Of a stretch of DNA of 11,701 nt, positions 7,376 through 11,701 are shown one piece after another. Numbering within the stretch: the stretch's first letter is position 1; each line of letters starts with the position of its first letter. The DNA comes from an uncultured bacterium (GTDB lineage: Bacteria; Zixibacteria; MSB-5A5; JAABVY01; JAHJOQ01). Under the pieces are notes generated by a model. It saw only the letters and a program-made list of their open reading frames with translations, had not been told where the DNA came from and did no database searches. The position numbers and the translations under genes are program-made. Where the stretch lies: contig CBDUQR010000064.1 in NCBI GenBank assembly GCA_965369655.1, positions 1 to 11,701 on the forward strand, in the 5' to 3' direction.

Positions 7376-9082
7376 TCAAGCTGCTCTTCTTTTTGAAACT
7401 ACGATCACTTCAAACGGGATGGAGACTCCAATAGCGTTGCAAGTCCCTGCACCGCTATTTATAGCTATTGGAAGTCCACTTTCACCAAGCGCATTCAACG
7501 GCATCGCATTGCCGCTTATTCTGAAGACTGTACGGCCATCCTTCTCTTCTGTCTTTACTGTGAGCTTATCCGGAAAGATATTCCTCAAAGTAGCGCGAAA
7601 CACGCTCATCGACTCGGTGTGCCTCTGCAATAGATCGCCCAGACTGGAGAGTTTTTTCTTCACCCATTCGGCGTCGACATTGGTCGGAATCGATTTCCTG
7701 TTGGAAAGACTCGCCAGTTCACGCTTCACAGACTGGAGTCGAGACTCCTTGGCCAGAAGCCTCTCTTTGAGTGATTCTGTGAGATTTCCCTTCTCGGCGA
7801 GATCAAGCAGGTTCTGTACTACAGCGGTCAGGGATTCTTTCTCTTTCTTCAGTTTCGCTTTCATGTTTCGAGGCGTTTGAGCCGTTGCCTTCAGCATCGA
7901 GTTGACATTCTTGGCAAGCAGCTGACACGTCTCCTCGGACAGCAGCAATTCAGACAGCTTTCCGAACACGGCATCCTCGACCGACTTCCTGTTGATGCGA
8001 TGATTACATACGCAGACTGTAGTACCTCTGCTCCAGTATCCATTACAGATGAAGGCCGAGTAGCTCTTCGATGATGTGACAATGTAAGACGATCCACATT
8101 CGGCGCAGACAAGTAAGCCCGATAGCGGGTACTTGCCGTTTGCCGGACGTGAGCGGGATCGTTTGGGCGCATTCTGTGGATTCGACTCGCCGTGAACTGC
8201 ATCCCACAATCGCTGTGGTACAATCCTCAGCGATTTGTCCTTGTGAACGATCCATTTATCCGGCGAGTTATCAATCTTAAGTCTCTTGCCGGTGATATTC
8301 TTCTTGAACCACTTCGTCTTGTTCCATGTCCAGTCGCCGATATACTTCTCTCGATTCAGCATCGATTTAATTGTGCCCGAACACCAATGCCCGCTCCTGC
8401 TGCCGTTGCCGGCGTGAGGTGAAGGGATTCCCTTTGCATTCAATTCATGGGCTATCGCTCTGTAACCCATGCCCAGTTTGCGCATCTCGAACATCTTTCG
8501 AACGACCTCAGCTTCCCTGTCGTTGATCTTTATGTGCACACCATGTCGCCTCGGCCTACCGAACTTGTCTTGTTCTCCACTCTCGAACAAATCAGGAACA
8601 GCGTCATAACCATACACCCGGCCGCCTGCGGAGTAACCACGAGAGACCTGTCCCTTCATTCCACGAACTATCTTAGCCTTGAGATCATCGAGGAAGAGTT
8701 CGTTTGCGATACTCTTGAAGTAGTAAGGAATCTTGGCAGACTGAGACAGCGTTTCGATCCCATCAGATACGGAAGCGATGCCGATCCCGAACATCGTGAG
8801 TTCCTGGAATATATGGATGGATTCTCCGGCATCTCTACCAAGCCGAGATAGATCATCTACGACGACGCAATCAAACAGCCTGTCAAACGCATACTTCTTG
8901 AGATTCACATATCCCGGTCGGTTGACTTCGGCTCCGCTGACTGCCTTATCGGAGTGGATATGATCCTCACATACCTGCCAGCCTTTGTGAGAAATGAACT
9001 GCCTGCATTCCCGAATCTGATCGTCGATAGAGGTCTGCTTCTGCATATCGCTGGAGTACCTGGCGTAGATGGCGCATCTCAT
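7376..9082 (-). CDS. Large serine recombinase / serine integrase (568 aa from ATG 9082)
   Basis: Catalytic YARYSS and DDLSRLGR motifs, a recombinase domain (YGY...EAEVVRKMFE...IAHELN...W...YIG), a zinc ribbon (LSGLLVCAECG...FIC...C) and a coiled coil. ATG 9082 has AAGGTGG upstream and is preferred over GTG 9097. Ends with tandem TGA TGA (7378-7373). Confidence 0.95.
   Translation of the reverse strand: MRCAIYARYSSDMQKQTSIDDQIRECRQFISHKGWQVCEDHIHSDKAVSGAEVNRPGYVNLKKYAFDRLFDCVVVDDLSRLGRDAGESIHIFQELTMFGIGIASVSDGIETLSQSAKIPYYFKSIANELFLDDLKAKIVRGMKGQVSRGYSAGGRVYGYDAVPDLFESGEQDKFGRPRRHGVHIKINDREAEVVRKMFEMRKLGMGYRAIAHELNAKGIPSPHAGNGSRSGHWCSGTIKSMLNREKYIGDWTWNKTKWFKKNITGKRLKIDNSPDKWIVHKDKSLRIVPQRLWDAVHGESNPQNAPKRSRSRPANGKYPLSGLLVCAECGSSYIVTSSKSYSAFICNGYWSRGTTVCVCNHRINRKSVEDAVFGKLSELLLSEETCQLLAKNVNSMLKATAQTPRNMKAKLKKEKESLTAVVQNLLDLAEKGNLTESLKERLLAKESRLQSVKRELASLSNRKSIPTNVDAEWVKKKLSSLGDLLQRHTESMSVFRATLRNIFPDKLTVKTEEKDGRTVFRISGNAMPLNALGESGLPIAINSGAGTCNAIGVSIPFEVIVVSKRRAA
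7430..7460. repeat. attP-like site inside the LSR coding sequence (att core copy 2 plus inverted repeat)
   Basis: AATAGCGTTGCA-AGTCCC-TGCACCGCTATT has 12-bp arms matching 11/12, centred on TC 7444-7445. The equivalent left arm in the tRNA matches only 6/12. An outer inverted repeat TCCAATAGC (7427-7435) / GCTATTGGA (7464-7472) is also present. Confidence 0.85.
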
Positions 9083-9220
9083 ACTACTCGTCACCACCTT
9101 CGATCATGCTCCTGATCTTCTCGGCTTCATCTGTCATGTGAATCCTACAGCTGTTCATAGAATGCCTGCGAGCCTTAATCCTGCCGAGCTTCTGTGACCG
9201 TCCTATGTCTATGCATTCCT

Positions 9221-9358
9221 TTATCTTACGTCTCCTTCAGCTAACACAATGCTCCACATCGCGGCACCTATCAAGAGAATTCCTGCGAAGACCTTGTTTT
9301 TCTTGGGCTGATACACAAACCAATAGCACCATATGTAAAGGCCAGTCAGGAGAGTCAT
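9221..9358 (-). CDS. Possible 45-aa membrane peptide or remnant of a membrane-protein gene
   Basis: MTLLTGLYIWCYWFVYQPKKNKVFAGILLIGAAMWSIVLAEGDVR* has two hydrophobic segments separated by KKNK. There is no clear SD, and an in-frame TAG lies two codons upstream. Confidence 0.3.
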   Translation of the reverse strand: MTLLTGLYIWCYWFVYQPKKNKVFAGILLIGAAMWSIVLAEGDVR

Positions 9359-9451
9359 TGGCTATTGGGCGAGTTTCGAAACGCTGCCGATGAATCGCAG
9401 TATTCATGTTACATCCTCGCCGTCCTGACAGACCCACGACCCGATGAATCT

Positions 9452-9728
9452 GTGAATTTTCACGCCCCAATGTGAAACCTGATCTCCTTGCAGTTCATAG
9501 CGTTACACCTATAATTCACGTTTCACACTTCACACTTACCCTATCCCTAGAATCGGAAATCCAATCGCGGTGCGTAGAGACAAGTTGAAATGGTGAATTT
9601 GTAGTATATATTATATGTATTTATATATACCATAGATTTACTCCCTCCTTGACGTTTCACACCACCCTGTGAAATCTCGTGAAGTTCCGTCATAATCCTA
9701 TGTCCCATAATCTGTTGTAACCCGTGAA
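9452..9728. other. Putative replication origin (iterons flanking an AT-rich palindromic tract)
   Basis: 11 copies of GTGAA/TTCAC (9452, 9459, 9472, 9515, 9522, 9529, 9593, 9656, 9669, 9679, 9724), a direct repeat ACGTTTCACAC (9518, 9652), and the AT tract GTATATATTATATGTATTTATATATAC (9604-9630). It lies immediately downstream of, and slightly overlaps, the DUF3987 gene. Confidence 0.65.
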
Positions 9729-10924
9729 TTTTGTGGATGGAAGTGAGTAGCTTTCTTCTTGCTGTCCACTCGAATATCTTCCCGATCAACAAGGGTTGCC
9801 ACAGCATCATCGAGTCTCATCTTGCCGTGTCTGAATTTCCGCAGAAGCGAAGAACGATCAATGCCAGGTTCCTGTTTAATGATCTTCAGAGCTTTCTGCA
9901 CATCCCGTTCTTCTTGGCTGAAGACAAGCCCCGTATCCAGCAGACAACGAATGTTCACGCGCAGCATTTCCACTAAGTCACGAGCCATTTTCATGTTGTG
10001 TACTTGAATTTCGCAGGAGTGATCTTCAGAAATCTGATACAACATTGCGAATTTCAATAGATACGTTTCGAGTCGCGACAAGAACGGTGCTATACGTTCG
10101 AAATCCTGTTCCTTCTCGGTTGCTGTCTTGTGCTGCGTGTACCAATCCTCGTACATTTCCTTTGCTTCTTGCGAGAGTGTTACTTCGCCTTCAACACGAG
10201 AAATCTGCTCTAACTGCGAGACAAGTTCAGATTGGACAGCTGGATCAGGGACAGGCGGAATCGGCAATAACTTTGACGGCTCTGTTCCGCTGACATAGAC
10301 GAACCGTGCCAGAAAGCCCGACATGATGTCGTCTTCACGCAGCTTCGAATTGAGCCATGCGACTGTAGAGGCAGAGAGGATAGAGATACAGGGATTCTCT
10401 ATGGTGATGATGTCCTTCTTCAGATGACGTGTATGTCGTTGCGGACAGTCATACAGATCAGTCAACATCTCCTTGGTCCCGATCATATAGCTACGGTTGA
10501 ATTGTTCAAGCACACCGCCAAATTCAGACCAACAAAACAATCCTTGAGGACGCTCTTGCAGCAGTTCGAGCAGAGCTTCACTGGAGAATTCGTTTGGATA
10601 GACGTAGTCGTTCTCAAGCTTCCACAGCAGCGACCTGCCCATGTTGACCGCTGTTGTCTTGCGGCAGCGTGACGAGGGCGCAACGAGTAGAATCCAAATA
10701 TTCGGATAGATCACCTGAGGACCAAGTCTGAAGAAGACATTCCTGCTGCACACTGCAGCCGCCAGAGCGAATGCAACAAACAGATGAAACGATTCAGGTG
10801 CCTCAGTAAGAGGACAGGCATAGCTGTAGTAGTCCTTGATGAATCCCTTTTCCGGGATCACCAGATCGGTTCGTGCACACGTCTCCCTTGCATAGATATC
10901 ACTGATCGCTGCGTTGTTAGACAT
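9698..10924 (-). CDS. DUF3987/YfjI-like P-loop helicase-like replication protein with a likely C-terminal winged helix (408 aa)
   Basis: Motifs EAPESF, YPNIWILLVAPSSRCRKTT (P-loop-like), SSEALLELL, SEFGGVL, LTDLYD, IENPCISILSAST and GFLARF. ATG 10924 is preferred over 10933 because it has an AGGGGA SD and overlaps the upstream gene's TAA (ATGTCTAA). Confidence 0.85.
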   Translation of the reverse strand: MSNNAAISDIYARETCARTDLVIPEKGFIKDYYSYACPLTEAPESFHLFVAFALAAAVCSRNVFFRLGPQVIYPNIWILLVAPSSRCRKTTAVNMGRSLLWKLENDYVYPNEFSSEALLELLQERPQGLFCWSEFGGVLEQFNRSYMIGTKEMLTDLYDCPQRHTRHLKKDIITIENPCISILSASTVAWLNSKLREDDIMSGFLARFVYVSGTEPSKLLPIPPVPDPAVQSELVSQLEQISRVEGEVTLSQEAKEMYEDWYTQHKTATEKEQDFERIAPFLSRLETYLLKFAMLYQISEDHSCEIQVHNMKMARDLVEMLRVNIRCLLDTGLVFSQEERDVQKALKIIKQEPGIDRSSLLRKFRHGKMRLDDAVATLVDREDIRVDSKKKATHFHPQNSRVTTDYGT

Positions 10925-11483
10925 TGCGATCATCCCCTGCTGCGAAACTGAGGTGCTTAATCTTATAATTCAGCAGTACCAATTCGAAGTCTGTTTCGTA
11001 CAGCCACCATTCCAGTTTCTGCTCCCAGGCGTAATAGCAGCTCAAGCCAATCACTCCTTTCTCCAGCCGATTGGTCAAACGAATCAACTGCTCAGTGAGT
11101 AGCTCTGATAACTGCTACACTTCACGGAATCTGCTCTTCAGACAGGATAATTCAATGGGTTCCCATTTCGGAGTTCTGCCGATTCTGGGCGGCTGGCGTA
11201 CGGACGTTGAACGAGGTACAGACCTCGTTGATTGGAAGTTACTTCCAAGATACCCCAGGACCCCCCTGAAATCCGTGTTCAGCAAATGTTTGAGCAGAGT
11301 GATCGTGTTGCCACTGCAACCACGCGTATGGCAGTAGAAAACCTGATCCGTAAACGAGAATGCTGTAGGGTTATCACCCCCGTGAATTGGACAAGCACAA
11401 CGATTTCGTCTGTGCGGTATGCCGAATCTATCCAGAATATCAGCGATCGAGAGTTGATTAGTCAGTCCGATCTGGTTCAGCAT
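10917..11483 (-). pseudogene. CHC2 zinc-finger (primase Zn-binding domain) protein interrupted by one in-frame TAG at 11117-11115
   Basis: CPIHGGDNPTAFSF...FYCHTRGCSGNTITLL is a zf-CHC2 motif. After the TAG the frame stays open for 65 codons (QLSELLTEQLIRLTNRLEKG...KHLSFAAGDDRNV) to TAA 10919-10917, which overlaps the DUF3987 start. The full length would be 188 aa. Confidence 0.75.
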
Positions 11484-11646
11484 AATCGGTTCCTACATTC
11501 TTATCTGATTTCATCTCATTGGCGAGTCCTTTGAGGGACTTGAGAACACTGATAAACTCAAGCGGCTCAACTCTTCCCTTGCTGTTGAAGAAGTCGAGAA
11601 CTAGAGCTTGTCGCTGCTTGGTATCACGGAACACGAATGAGGACAT
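11458..11646 (-). CDS. Small hypothetical protein (62 aa), possibly a 5'-degraded gene
   Basis: Co-oriented with the CHC2 gene and overlapping its start. It has no clear SD. A strong GGAGG at the window edge precedes ATG 11692, which stops after 4 codons (MKAR*). Confidence 0.4.
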   Translation of the reverse strand: MSSFVFRDTKQRQALVLDFFNSKGRVEPLEFISVLKSLKGLANEMKSDKNVGTDYAEPDRTD

Positions 11647-11701
11647 AGCTAGTGGTGTGATGCATAATTAACGGGCATTATCTTGCTTTCATTAGTCCTC
11701 C

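Larger units (their letters stand above)
611..7460. mobile_element. Integrase-less cargo islet (~6.8 kb) at tRNA-Met, bounded by 21-bp direct repeats
   Basis: Exact direct repeats of the tRNA 3' end flank two large co-oriented genes and a pseudo-tRNA. No recombinase gene lies between the repeats, only the last 21 codons of the neighbouring LSR. Confidence 0.8.
7440..11701 (-). mobile_element. Satellite/PICI-like integrative element (LSR, putative ori, DUF3987, CHC2 zinc finger), continuing beyond the right edge
   Basis: The integrase abuts an att core. Upstream replication-type genes and an iteron region are all oriented toward the tRNA. No phage structural or conjugation genes are visible in the window. 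Confidence 0.75.

Noticed and set aside
7362-8963. Plus-strand ORFs overlapping the LSR (7362..7880, 8447..8851 and others)
   Set aside because: Antisense shadows of the recombinase with no motifs or convincing SD.
9452-9728. CRISPR array or regularly spaced repeat array
   Set aside because: The repeats are 5-11 bp, irregularly spaced and in both orientations, and no cas genes are present.

Overview
The window shows a tRNA-Met(CAT) integration hotspot next to a chromosomal M32 carboxypeptidase gene (partial, 1..325, minus strand, absent from the supplied ORF track). The last 21 bp of the tRNA region (611..631) recur exactly at 7440..7460. The two copies bracket a ~6.8-kb islet with no integrase. 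The islet carries a predicted outer-membrane beta-barrel, a 1357-aa secreted multidomain protein and a degenerate tRNA-fMet copy. The second copy lies inside the 3' end of a large serine recombinase (LSR) gene, in an attP-like inverted repeat. If the LSR abutted the tRNA directly, the antisense tRNA would supply a TGA and truncate it at ...NSGAGT*. Here the islet end supplies a 21-aa tail ending SKRRAA, which suggests a recombination-controlled C-terminal switch. The LSR belongs to a satellite/PICI-like element running off the right edge. That element has an iteron-plus-AT-rich putative origin, a DUF3987-type helicase-like gene and a CHC2 zinc-finger gene interrupted by one in-frame TAG. All family calls come from motif recognition by eye; no searches were run.
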